Shown here piece after piece: positions 9,751 through 19,663 of a stretch of DNA of 64,000 bases. The translations under genes were made by a program, and so were the position numbers. The DNA is taken from positions 83,260 through 147,259 of the forward strand of contig CAZLFP010000001.1 of assembly GCA_964558935.1 (NCBI GenBank), in the 5' to 3' direction. The notes under the pieces were generated by a model, which saw only the letters and a list, made by a program, of their open reading frames with translations, was not told the DNA's origin and did no database searches. Position 1 is the stretch's first letter, and every line of letters starts with the position of its first letter. This stretch comes from an uncultured Gammaproteobacteria bacterium (GTDB lineage Bacteria; Patescibacteriota; Patescibacteriia; 2-01-FULL-39-33).

Positions 9751-11278
9751 TATGAAAAATGAATATTTGAAAGAAATATTGTCAGACAACAAATTACGTG
9801 TTGCCCTGGCAAAAGAATCACACCAATGGTTCTTCAATTTATACTTTGCCCATTATATAGATTGTCCATCAGCTCCATTCCATAAAAGATTTTTTGAAAT
9901 TACTGAGGATGAAAATATTAACATGGCAGTATTAGTTAGTTTTAGAGGTTCGGCAAAATCTACCATTATGACTACATCATATCCATTATGGGCAGTTATG
10001 GGGAAGCAAAGACGAAAGCTTGTTGTTATAGTTGGTAGAACGCAACGTCAGACTAAACTTATGATAGATAATTTGAAGCGTGAGCTAGAATCTAACCCTA
10101 TTTTATATAAAGATATGGGACCCTTTAAAGAACAGGGCGGTGATCTAGGTTCATATGCACTATATTTACCATGGTATGACGCAAAAATTATTGCCGTGTC
10201 AATGGAACAAACTATTCGTGGTATTCGCCATGGTAAGTACCGTCCAGATCTGATTCTATTGGATGATATTGAGGATCTCGATAGTGTAAAAACTATGGAA
10301 GGTAGAGATAAAATATTTAATTGGATTGCAAGTGAAGTTTTGCCAGCAGGACAAATTAATACCAAAGTTATTTGTATTGGAAATCTTTTGCATGAAGATT
10401 CAATGCTCATGAGATTGAAACGAAAAATTCAAAATAAAGAATTAGATGCAGTGTTTATGGAAATTCCTCTAATTGAGGATAATGGTGATATAACATGGAC
10501 GGGAATGTATCCAAATATGGAAGCAATTGAAAAGAAAAAACGACAGATTTTTGACGAGTATGCTTGGCACCGTGAATACATGCTAAAAATCATTTCTGAT
10601 AGAGGACGAATTATTCAACCAGAGTGGATAAAAAAATATAAGGATATTAAAGATGTTTTAACAGGAAGTGATTGTCGTAGTTTAACGATGACTAGTATTG
10701 ATCCAGCAATCTCTAAAGATGAAAATGCTTGTAAAACAGCTATGGTGTCCCTACGTGTTTTTAATTCTCGTAACAGATTGAAAATTATTGTATTACCAAA
10801 TCCTATCAACGAACGATTAACAATGAATGAAACAATTGAAAATGCAAAAAATATTTCAACTGTATTAGGTAATGGATATAAGACTGAATTATTAATTGAG
10901 GACGTTGGAATGCAAAAAGCATTTATTCAGGAGTTAGAAAGATTCCATTATCCAGTAACAGGATTCCCAGTGCACGGACAAGACAAACGCGCTAGATTGA
11001 AATTTGCCAGTCATCTGGTACAAGAAGGTGTTGTTTTTTTTCCAGAAAAGGGCTGTGAAGATTTGATAAACCAAATTGTAAATTTCGATACAGAAAAATA
11101 TCATGATTTGGCGGATGCTTTTTCAATGGCTTTATTAGATATCATTAAACGTGACAGTAACGAAGAATTATTCGAAGGTGTCGGCGAAGCAACTGCGTCG
11201 TGGGAAGAAGATCAAAATGAAAATATATCCAGACGAATAATAATAAGGGCTGGTATTGATCCAGATAATTGGGATTAA
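9737..11278 (+). CDS. Terminase large subunit
   Basis: Walker A FRGSAKS; IRG; Walker B LILLDD; nuclease acidic residues SIDPA, IE, HDLADA. Confidence 0.85.
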   Translation: MIKNSMKNEYLKEILSDNKLRVALAKESHQWFFNLYFAHYIDCPSAPFHKRFFEITEDENINMAVLVSFRGSAKSTIMTTSYPLWAVMGKQRRKLVVIVGRTQRQTKLMIDNLKRELESNPILYKDMGPFKEQGGDLGSYALYLPWYDAKIIAVSMEQTIRGIRHGKYRPDLILLDDIEDLDSVKTMEGRDKIFNWIASEVLPAGQINTKVICIGNLLHEDSMLMRLKRKIQNKELDAVFMEIPLIEDNGDITWTGMYPNMEAIEKKKRQIFDEYAWHREYMLKIISDRGRIIQPEWIKKYKDIKDVLTGSDCRSLTMTSIDPAISKDENACKTAMVSLRVFNSRNRLKIIVLPNPINERLTMNETIENAKNISTVLGNGYKTELLIEDVGMQKAFIQELERFHYPVTGFPVHGQDKRARLKFASHLVQEGVVFFPEKGCEDLINQIVNFDTEKYHDLADAFSMALLDIIKRDSNEELFEGVGEATASWEEDQNENISRRIIIRAGIDPDNWD

Positions 11279-11365
11279 TAAGTTACCAACAGTTTGGCTC
11301 TGGACTACAGGAACGGGACGCGTCATTACTGGTAGTAGAAGTAATAAATAACCAAAACTACCAGT

Positions 11366-12697
11366 ATGATGGAGTATCAACAAAAAACCATGCCCCAAGG
11401 GCAAAATACGACGGTTTTAGAGGATTTTACGCCAAAAGTGAGGTATTGCCTATACGCACGAAAGAGCACAGAGCAAGACGAGTTACAGGCGCTCTCAATA
11501 GATTCACAGATCAAGGAGATGTTAGAGTTAGCTAATAAGGAGAATCTGGATATTGTCGAGATCAGACGAGAAAGTCACTCAGCCAAAGATTCAGGGCAAC
11601 GGCCAGTGTTCAGTAAACTTTTATACGATATTCGGCAAGGAATGTTTAGTGGTATCCTTTGCTGGGCCCCTGACAGATTAAGTAGAAATGCTGGTGATCT
11701 TGGGTCAGTGGTAGATTTAATGGATCAAGGGTTTTTACAAGAAATACGAACACATAGTCAGACATTTACTAATAATCCAAATGAAAAATTCCTGTTGATG
11801 ATTTTAGGTAGTCAAGCAAAATTAGAAAATGACCATAAAGGTGAAAACGTAAAAAGAGGACTTAGAGCAAAGTGCGAACAAGGCTGGCGACCAGGGCAAC
11901 CACCACTTGGATATCTTCATGATAAATTTGCAGATAAAGGACAAAAGAAAGTATATATTGATTCTGATAGAGCACCTTTTATCAAACAAATGTTTGAACT
12001 AGTGGCTTATGAAAATTATAGTGGACGACAAATTGATAAATGGATAAAGAAAAATAATCTAAAAACGAAAAAGAAAAAAAATATAAGTTTAAGCATGATT
12101 TATAGAATTCTTGGGGATTGTTATTACTACGGTGAATTTGAATATCCAGTTGGTAGTGGAAAGTTTTATAAAGGTGGACACGACCCGATAATATCCAAAG
12201 AATTATTTCTAAAAGCAAGAGAAAATCTAACATCACCACCAAGGCGACACCCTGGAACTGTGGAATTTGCATTCACAAAATTATTATATTGTGGAAACTG
12301 TGGCTCTGGGATAAGTGCGGAAGAAAAATTTAAACATCAAAAAAATGGTAATATTCACAGATATGTTTATTACCATTGTTCACGAGGTAAAGATAGAGAT
12401 TGTCGGGAGGGAGCAATACGTGAGGAAGATCTCATCAAACAAATGGTTGGTTTGATTGATAAGATCGAAGTGGACCAATTAAAAATTGGCGAAAAAGTGA
12501 AAGCTGAAATGGAGAGATTTAGGAAGTTTAGTTCTATGCTAGGACAAACTGCTGAACAGCTCAAAAATGTTAACCTAGACGCGAGAAATTACGCTAAGTA
12601 TATTCTTTTAGAAGGGAGCAAGGAGGAAAAAAGAGAATTATTGGAGTGTATGAGTGGTAAGGTGGTGCTGAAGAATAAAGAATTAAACATTGTATAA
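11366..12697 (+). CDS. Large serine recombinase (resolvase + recombinase + zinc ribbon)
   Basis: YARKSTE catalytic Ser; DRLSRN; PPLGY; HDPIIS; CGNCG...YYHC. Confidence 0.92.
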   Translation: MMEYQQKTMPQGQNTTVLEDFTPKVRYCLYARKSTEQDELQALSIDSQIKEMLELANKENLDIVEIRRESHSAKDSGQRPVFSKLLYDIRQGMFSGILCWAPDRLSRNAGDLGSVVDLMDQGFLQEIRTHSQTFTNNPNEKFLLMILGSQAKLENDHKGENVKRGLRAKCEQGWRPGQPPLGYLHDKFADKGQKKVYIDSDRAPFIKQMFELVAYENYSGRQIDKWIKKNNLKTKKKKNISLSMIYRILGDCYYYGEFEYPVGSGKFYKGGHDPIISKELFLKARENLTSPPRRHPGTVEFAFTKLLYCGNCGSGISAEEKFKHQKNGNIHRYVYYHCSRGKDRDCREGAIREEDLIKQMVGLIDKIEVDQLKIGEKVKAEMERFRKFSSMLGQTAEQLKNVNLDARNYAKYILLEGSKEEKRELLECMSGKVVLKNKELNIV

Positions 12698-12718
12698 TTA
12701 AATTTCATTGTTTTAAAA

Positions 12719-15700
12719 CTATCTGTTTTCTTCAACAATTTTAATTTCTTCATCCGTTAAATCGTAAAGCTTATAAACTAACTTATCAATTTCTTCTTCT
12801 AATTCAGAAGTATCAGCTTCTGAATTTTCTTTTTTAATTTTTAATATTTGGTCAACCAAATTTACAATCTCATTTTTTTGTGTATCGTCGACATCAGGTA
12901 TTGGATAATTATTTATCATATCCTTGGTGAAGCTAATTCCTTGATTATAGCTTGACGCGGGATATTTTTCTTTTAGAAAGAAAAGAATTAATTTGTTATT
13001 TAATAGAGCTAGTAAAAATTTCAAATTATCTATTTTATCGGAAATTACAATAAGTGTGGTCTTCGCAGGAATAGTATCCCCACAGCTATCTAAAGTTCCA
13101 TCAAGTAAATTTAATCCTTTTATAATAATTTTATATTTACTCGCCTTTTGTCCATATGAATTAGGGAATTCTTTAATAAAAATCTCTTTATTAACTACAG
13201 GGCATAAATATTTATCCTTTAAATATGTCATTTCTTTTTTGCCCCACCGAGAAGAATACTTACTGATGGTTCCAGTATTTATAATTTTGAAATACTTACT
13301 AGGATCAAAATTATCTTTATTAATATTTTCTAAAAGAGGTTTAAGTTTATATGCGTCAGATGTAGCACAGGCATTTTCACAAATGGCATAATCGGATAAT
13401 TTTTTAATAAATTTCTCTATTTTTTCTAGAAAAACCAAGTTTTCAGAAAAAATAAAATCAAGAGCATAAGGATCCATCAATTTATCTTTGGGATAGTTTC
13501 GTTTATACTGGAATCCATCTTTAGTGTATTCAACTACTTTTATGGAATCATGTTCTGTTTTTGAAATAAAAGTTATTATTGAATCTACTTTTGCAGTTTC
13601 AAATACATTCCGACCAGACTTTAAAATAGAATAAATATTACTAATAATACCTCTTCTTAATTCATCTCCAAAGGATTTAGAAATCCATTTATCAGGTGTG
13701 ATATATACCAAAATTCCCTCCTTGGTTATATTATGAAATCCTAATTCCAAAAAAGCTATGTAAATATCCCAATTTCCTTTTGTCCAATTATAGTTTTGTT
13801 GAATTGTATCTCTAAGTTCAAGTTGTCCATTTTTTTTCATGCTTTCTGAATCAATGTACGGTGGATTGCCAATTACGACATCAAAACCATTTATACCAAA
13901 CATAAATTCAGAATCAAAAAATTCTGTCACTTGTTCATTGTCAAAGGGGTGATATGATTGTAATTGTTCTAGTTTTTTAGATTTACCAAAAAGATTACCT
14001 TGATTTTTTTCTTCTAAAAGTTTATTAAACTTAATCTTCAATAGTTCTTTAACTTTAGGACTTCGAGCATTAAAATATTTTTCTCTAATTTCTTGCATTT
14101 CTTCTTCAAGCTTATCAGCTTGATCAAGCATTTGAGTTTGTTTGTTGGCATCTAAAGGAATTAGACTATTTGCACAAACAAATTTAAAATCAAGATTTGG
14201 TAGTGGTTTTATTTTATTACTGTCTACATCTTCATCTACGACAATAGACAACCAGGCTCTAAGACGGGAGATTTCAACCGCCATTGGTTCAATATCAACC
14301 CCATGTAAATTATTTTTGATAATTTCCAACTTCTTTTTGTAGGAGTCAAATGTTGCGTCTAATCTTTCGTATGTTTGTAAAAGCAAAGATAACATACCCA
14401 TCGGAAAAGCACCTGAACCGCAAGCAGGATCAAGAATTTTTAATTCATCAAGAGCTTTTAATATATCGTATTTGTATGGTTTTAATTTGTCACGATAATT
14501 TCTTTGTTGATCTCTCCAATCATGTTCTTTGCTGTCCAATAAATTATCAATTAATTCAAAAGATTTTCCTTCATCCCCAAGCTTATTTTTTAAATATTGT
14601 CGTAAACTCTCACGGGACATATAATCAACAATTTCTCTAGGAGTATAAAAAGCACCTTTTGCTTTTCTGGCCTGTTCACCAGTTTCTTCCGTTTGTTCTG
14701 CTAACAAGTTTTCAAAAATACGTCCTAACATTTCAGGATCAATGGCAACTTGTTGAAAAGTGCTAGTACTTTCGTCAGTGGTGAAATTGTAATGATGAAG
14801 AAAATCAATAATCCTATCAAAATAATCTGCTGGGAATGTAAGTTTTGTATCACCGTACTTATCTCCTAATTTTTCTTCAAATAAACCACCGTTCAAAAAT
14901 GGAGTAATCTTATCAATACCTTTTTCTCTATCTTCAATAGGAGTGTTAAAAACCTTGAAAAATAATGTTTCTAATTTTTCTCTGTAATATTCTGTTGCAT
15001 TTTTTCCCTTTATCTTAAAATAATCAACTTCGGTATTTATAATTCCTTTTTTATCCAAAAACCAACAAAATACCAATCTGCCAATTAATCGATTAACAAA
15101 ATATGAAGCGTGCTTATCATCAAAAACTTTTTCCTTAATGAGATGTTGCTTTAATTCTACAAAGAATGAACTTACCTCTTTATAGAAACGTTTATTCAAA
15201 GGTTCAATGTCAAAACTTTGCCACAACATCTCGTGAACCTGAGCCTTATTATCAAAATCAAACTCCTGCAACCATTTTGCAAAAATTTCTTGCTGTGTAA
15301 TTGTTAGCTCACCTGACAATTCTAATGTACGTATTATATAATTCTTACTTAAAACCACTATTACACGATCGGATTTTTCTGGAATCACAAAATCAATACC
15401 TACATTTAAATTTCCATAAAAAGGCTCATCCTCAAAATTTGGAGTAAGAGCCACAAGCCAACTAATGATTGATTTTTTCGGTTTTTTAACCCAATATACT
15501 TTCAAATCTATTTTTTCAAGGTTGTCATTAGATATTTTATAAGAAGCTCTGCGATCAGCAAAACCTTCCGCTTCCATAAACCAGCCTGCGTTTGATCTAA
15601 TTTTACCCTGAGAATCTGTAAATAATTTCCATTCATTACTTGATTCAATACCAAATAATGATACCAAATTATTAATTACATTTTGAGTATTTGAAAAACT

Positions 15701-15778
15701 GTTTTCTTGTGACAGAATTTTTATTGATTCGTTTAATTCTTGAATTTTTTCTGGTAATTTATTTATTGTCTTTGACAT
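12719..15778 (-). CDS. Eco57I/Type IIG-like N6-adenine methyltransferase with TaqI-like target recognition domain
   Basis: FLNGGLF; GAFYTP; DPACGSGAF; IGNPPY; C-terminal YPIP...IDKLVYKLYDLT. Confidence 0.88.
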   Translation of the reverse strand: MSKTINKLPEKIQELNESIKILSQENSFSNTQNVINNLVSLFGIESSNEWKLFTDSQGKIRSNAGWFMEAEGFADRRASYKISNDNLEKIDLKVYWVKKPKKSIISWLVALTPNFEDEPFYGNLNVGIDFVIPEKSDRVIVVLSKNYIIRTLELSGELTITQQEIFAKWLQEFDFDNKAQVHEMLWQSFDIEPLNKRFYKEVSSFFVELKQHLIKEKVFDDKHASYFVNRLIGRLVFCWFLDKKGIINTEVDYFKIKGKNATEYYREKLETLFFKVFNTPIEDREKGIDKITPFLNGGLFEEKLGDKYGDTKLTFPADYFDRIIDFLHHYNFTTDESTSTFQQVAIDPEMLGRIFENLLAEQTEETGEQARKAKGAFYTPREIVDYMSRESLRQYLKNKLGDEGKSFELIDNLLDSKEHDWRDQQRNYRDKLKPYKYDILKALDELKILDPACGSGAFPMGMLSLLLQTYERLDATFDSYKKKLEIIKNNLHGVDIEPMAVEISRLRAWLSIVVDEDVDSNKIKPLPNLDFKFVCANSLIPLDANKQTQMLDQADKLEEEMQEIREKYFNARSPKVKELLKIKFNKLLEEKNQGNLFGKSKKLEQLQSYHPFDNEQVTEFFDSEFMFGINGFDVVIGNPPYIDSESMKKNGQLELRDTIQQNYNWTKGNWDIYIAFLELGFHNITKEGILVYITPDKWISKSFGDELRRGIISNIYSILKSGRNVFETAKVDSIITFISKTEHDSIKVVEYTKDGFQYKRNYPKDKLMDPYALDFIFSENLVFLEKIEKFIKKLSDYAICENACATSDAYKLKPLLENINKDNFDPSKYFKIINTGTISKYSSRWGKKEMTYLKDKYLCPVVNKEIFIKEFPNSYGQKASKYKIIIKGLNLLDGTLDSCGDTIPAKTTLIVISDKIDNLKFLLALLNNKLILFFLKEKYPASSYNQGISFTKDMINNYPIPDVDDTQKNEIVNLVDQILKIKKENSEADTSELEEEIDKLVYKLYDLTDEEIKIVEENR

Positions 15779-18700
15779 AATACAAAACTTGTTTTGAGCT
15801 GGTAGATTGAATAGTTTTATCTTTTCCGTCCAAGGTTTTATAAGATAGACTGATCAATTCTTTTAATTCATCCAAAAAACCTTCGTTTGCTCTTTTTTGT
15901 TTCACAATCTTTCTGACCAGTCTTCTTATTATCTGTTGATCTATAATATTTTTTGTTTGAAAAGCCAGTCTGACTTGTTCAATATCCTCTTCCAATGTTT
16001 GACTTTCAAATAAAATTCTTAGTAATTCTGTTTGTTGGGGAAGCGGAGCACCTATTTCATCATCCTCTGAATAAGTGGCGATGCTTTGTCTTACTTTCCC
16101 ATCTATCATTTGTTTGTCCAAGCTAATGTTGTCAGAAACTCTTTCATTATTATTATCAGTTGTTCTCAACCATTCTAGAGCTTGCAAATTGGTTACAGCC
16201 TGAAAATTAGATCCGTCCCTTAACATAGAGACAAAACTATGACCGATTACTTCATAATTTTCATCACGTAAATTATTAAAGGATAAAACATCTGGTCTTT
16301 GTTCACCACGATGAACAGTATTTGGCATAATGGCCCATTTACCAAGTGAGATATTGTATATTTTATCTTTGTACTCTTCGGATAATTTGTTATTAAGATG
16401 AAAGTTTTTTAGATCCGCTACAAAAATATCTTCTGCCAACAAAAAATCAGCTTCTCTTTCTAATTTTTCCATTGCTTCAATACGTTTTTGTATATCTTCA
16501 CTGTAAATATCTTTCAAATTGTCGGTATATTCAATCGGATTTGCTAGCTCATCTAGTACAGGGGAATCGGTACCAATAGTATTTTTAATCAAATTAATTT
16601 TACCCTCTAATCTTTCAACCAGTTGTAGATACTCTTCAAGTTTTGCTTCTGGTGAAATATTGTAAATATAAACTTTGTCATATTTACTACCTAGACGATT
16701 TACACGACCATTTCGTTGAATCATTCGAACAGGATTCCAATGTAAATCATAATTAACAAGAATACCACAATCTTGAAGATTCTGACCTTCTGATAGAATA
16801 TCTGTTGAAAATAAATAATCTAATTCAGTTTCATCATCTTTTATTTTATAATTTTTTGCTTTTGGTGCAAATCTATTTGCTAAGTTTTCGCTATCACCTC
16901 TGTTTTTAGATGAAATGAACGCAGAATTTTCACTTGTAATAAACTCCGCATATTCAGGCAAAGATTCTCTTAAATATTCCACTGTGTCAGCATAAAATGA
17001 AAATACTAAAATCTTTTTTCCTGCTGGCTGTTCTTTTTGAAGATTTTTTAATAATTCAGCAAAAGATCTAATTTTAGAATCATCTTTACCTAAAACAGAG
17101 AGCTGTCTATCAAGAATATCTATCAATATTCTTTCTCTTCGTATATCTTCTCTCAGTGCTTCTGTGTTATATTTTTTATTATCAATATCATCTAATTCCA
17201 TTTCTTCATCAATTTTAATATCTTCAGGATTAAAATCTTCATCTCCAATACCTAACATTTCTTCAATATTACTGAGATTTTTTAGACTAACGATTTTACC
17301 AATATCCAAACCTTTTTCAAAAACATCCAATTTTCTTTTGTAAATGTCTAGAGAACTTCTAATTGCACTAACAGATGACTCTAATCTTTTTAAAAACATC
17401 GTTCGCAAAATCCCATAGATACTTAATTGAAGGAATAATGATTTGCTTTCCCTTTCATCAAGTTTCATGGCTTTTACCTCACCTCTTGTTTTTCCATAAT
17501 ACTTCGTTTGATACATCATCCATCTATAAGGTACAAACCCCAACAACAAAATTATTTGATACACAAAGGCAACAGCTGATAAATTCGAAAACTTTTCATC
17601 ATCCACTTCTGTTTCTAAATTTTCAATCTGATCAAGAGGGTGTAAAAGTGCATTTGTATTTTTAACAATTTTATCAATTGGCAATCTGTAAATTTTGTTT
17701 AGATCAACGTCATTACTTTCTAGATTTTTAACTTCTTCAGCTACTTCTTTATTAAAACCATATTTTTTAACCTCTGGGACAACAGTTGGAAAATGACTTT
17801 CTTTACCACCAATATTCAATCCACCATATTCTTTTTCTATTCCTTGCCTTGTCCTTCTAACAACAAAAGCTCTGATAATAGGAGCCATTACCTGTTGAAC
17901 ATAATTTTTATCAAAACTTCCATCTCGTTTCAAATCCTGTTTTATCTTCTTCTGTAAATTTTCAATTGCTTGATAAAAAGACATTTGAACCGTCTGTTTT
18001 AACTTTTTATCAACTGATGTCACTTTCAATACATCAGCAACACCTCTAGTACCAAGTAGTATTTGATTTACAATATCACCCAATTGATTATTAATAGGGG
18101 TGGCAGTAAGTAGAAGTACGTGAGCTTTGGGGTTATTTCTTATCCATTCAATAATTTGGTCAAATCTTTTTCCTCCACGATTTTTTAAATTATGAGATTC
18201 ATCAATAACAAACAAAGACACACTTGCTATGTTATCAAGCTCTTTTTTCCTTTCAATTTCATTAGGATTTTGCAACGTAATTGGTGAAAGACCCAAAACT
18301 CCTTGTATTGTCATTTCTTTTTCCCATTGAGTTTTTAGGGATTTTGGACAAATAATTTCAACACGTTGTTGTCCAGATTCAGTATTAAGATATTGTTTTA
18401 TTACTTCAATAGCAGTATATGTTTTCCCCAAACCAACAGAATCTGCCAACATTGCTACTTTGTATTTTCTTAATCTTCTTACTAGTGCATGAACATTTTT
18501 AACTTGAAAATCCAAAAGATCATATCTTCCTTTTATGGTTTCGTCTAAATTTTCCTCAATCAACTCATCACTATACAAATCATAAAGTGTTTTTATATAT
18601 GTTTCATAAGGACTAAAAAGAGTATCACCAGCCGGTGAATTTTCTAATAACTCAGTAAATTGACCATTCCATTCTTCTGTTTGGGGATCATCCCAAAATT

Positions 18701-19250
18701 TATCAAACCAAAATAAATGACCAACCTCTTGGGTTTTAGATTTAGGTTTAAATGTTACAATTCTGTGATCCGATTCCAATGAATTTAATTCAGTATTAGC
18801 TGTCAATCCGTTTTTCGTAAAATTTGATGATCCAATAACTCCGACAGCATTATCAGAAGAATAATCTCCAAAAATATAACATTTTGCGTGCAAAAAATTC
18901 TTTCGATAAACTCGAACTTCTAAATTACCATTTTTAATCATTTCTTTTATTTCCTTAACTAATTCTTTTAATTCAGGGGTCGGCTGGATTCTTTCTAGAT
19001 CATAAAAAAAATCTTTATCAGGATAATCTGGCTCTGGTTCAAGTTTTTTATGTCTTGGGATAAGTGGTTCTCTACCAATTAGTAGCCTGACTTTTTTATA
19101 GTCTTTGATCAAACCAAAGACTTCTTGCATTCCTTTTAGATCCCAATACCCAGTTGCGATTGAGAGATTTTGATAGTTTGAAGTTATTGATTTTATTGTA
19201 TCTAATAAAACAACTCTATCATTATCAATGATTTTATGAAGATTTGACAT
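15759..19250 (-). CDS. PLD-nuclease + SNF2-type helicase
   Basis: LHAKCY...GSSNFT (PLD); ADSVGLGKT; DESHN; TATP; SEGQNLQ; WNP..QRNGRVNR. Confidence 0.9.
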   Translation of the reverse strand: MSNLHKIIDNDRVVLLDTIKSITSNYQNLSIATGYWDLKGMQEVFGLIKDYKKVRLLIGREPLIPRHKKLEPEPDYPDKDFFYDLERIQPTPELKELVKEIKEMIKNGNLEVRVYRKNFLHAKCYIFGDYSSDNAVGVIGSSNFTKNGLTANTELNSLESDHRIVTFKPKSKTQEVGHLFWFDKFWDDPQTEEWNGQFTELLENSPAGDTLFSPYETYIKTLYDLYSDELIEENLDETIKGRYDLLDFQVKNVHALVRRLRKYKVAMLADSVGLGKTYTAIEVIKQYLNTESGQQRVEIICPKSLKTQWEKEMTIQGVLGLSPITLQNPNEIERKKELDNIASVSLFVIDESHNLKNRGGKRFDQIIEWIRNNPKAHVLLLTATPINNQLGDIVNQILLGTRGVADVLKVTSVDKKLKQTVQMSFYQAIENLQKKIKQDLKRDGSFDKNYVQQVMAPIIRAFVVRRTRQGIEKEYGGLNIGGKESHFPTVVPEVKKYGFNKEVAEEVKNLESNDVDLNKIYRLPIDKIVKNTNALLHPLDQIENLETEVDDEKFSNLSAVAFVYQIILLLGFVPYRWMMYQTKYYGKTRGEVKAMKLDERESKSLFLQLSIYGILRTMFLKRLESSVSAIRSSLDIYKRKLDVFEKGLDIGKIVSLKNLSNIEEMLGIGDEDFNPEDIKIDEEMELDDIDNKKYNTEALREDIRRERILIDILDRQLSVLGKDDSKIRSFAELLKNLQKEQPAGKKILVFSFYADTVEYLRESLPEYAEFITSENSAFISSKNRGDSENLANRFAPKAKNYKIKDDETELDYLFSTDILSEGQNLQDCGILVNYDLHWNPVRMIQRNGRVNRLGSKYDKVYIYNISPEAKLEEYLQLVERLEGKINLIKNTIGTDSPVLDELANPIEYTDNLKDIYSEDIQKRIEAMEKLEREADFLLAEDIFVADLKNFHLNNKLSEEYKDKIYNISLGKWAIMPNTVHRGEQRPDVLSFNNLRDENYEVIGHSFVSMLRDGSNFQAVTNLQALEWLRTTDNNNERVSDNISLDKQMIDGKVRQSIATYSEDDEIGAPLPQQTELLRILFESQTLEEDIEQVRLAFQTKNIIDQQIIRRLVRKIVKQKRANEGFLDELKELISLSYKTLDGKDKTIQSTSSKQVLYYVKDNK

Positions 19251-19319
19251 GTAATTGAATTTTAATAATTATAGATATTGTACTATTTTTGACCACAAAA
19301 GTAAAGTTATCACAAAAAC

Positions 19320-19346
19320 AAAAATCGCCATTTATAGACGATTTTT
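19320..19346 (-). terminator. Probable terminator downstream of tRNA-Gln
   Basis: AAAAATCG...CGATTTTT inverted repeat. Confidence 0.5.
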
Positions 19347-19357
19347 GCATACAGAAC

Positions 19358-19400
19358 TTGGGTGAAACGATTAATGACCCAATCGGGTCGGTTTCACCAA
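19358..19400. repeat. Nested inverted repeat, candidate att site
   Basis: GGTGAAAC...GTTTCACC enclosing GACCC-AATC-GGGTC, a few nt from the tRNA CCA end. Confidence 0.45.
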
Positions 19401-19406
19401 AATTCT

Positions 19407-19480
19407 TGGCTCGGAGGCAGGGATTCGAACCCCGATAGCCAGGACCAAAACCTGGAGTCCTACCATTAGACGACCTCCGA
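19407..19480 (-). tRNA. tRNA-Gln(TTG), CCA encoded
   Basis: Cloverleaf; CCAGG-TT-TTG-GT-CCTGG anticodon arm; GGTTCGAATCC T arm. Confidence 0.95.
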
Positions 19481-19503
19481 ATACTAGTTAACGATTACGT
19501 TAA

Positions 19504-19587
19504 CTATCTATTTTTCACTTTAGCCTTCTTGGTTCGCCATTTCAACTTAGGCACTTTAACCTTAGGGTCTGTTTTTTTCTTAGCCAT
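19504..19587 (-). CDS. 27-aa highly basic peptide
   Basis: MAKKKTDPKVKVPKLKWRTKKAKVKNR*, read by hand; below the ORF-track cutoff. Confidence 0.5.
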   Translation of the reverse strand: MAKKKTDPKVKVPKLKWRTKKAKVKNR

Positions 19588-19663
19588 ATAATCTAGTTAA
19601 AAAACCCCTCCTTAAGAAAGGGATTTAATCACATATTAGCACAAAAAAGATGTATAGTCAAGT

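Larger units (their letters stand above)
1..19400. mobile_element. AT-rich genomic (defence) island next to the 3' end of tRNA-Gln; left boundary outside the window
   Basis: Visible composition shift near 19.4-19.6 kb; contains a large serine recombinase, terminase, CBASS and RM-like genes; abuts the tRNA 3' end. Confidence 0.8.

Noticed and set aside
11269-11535. 88-aa ORF between TerL and the recombinase
   Set aside because: Overlaps the recombinase in another frame and has no recognisable features
7323-12697. Complete prophage
   Set aside because: No portal, capsid, tail or lysis genes in the window
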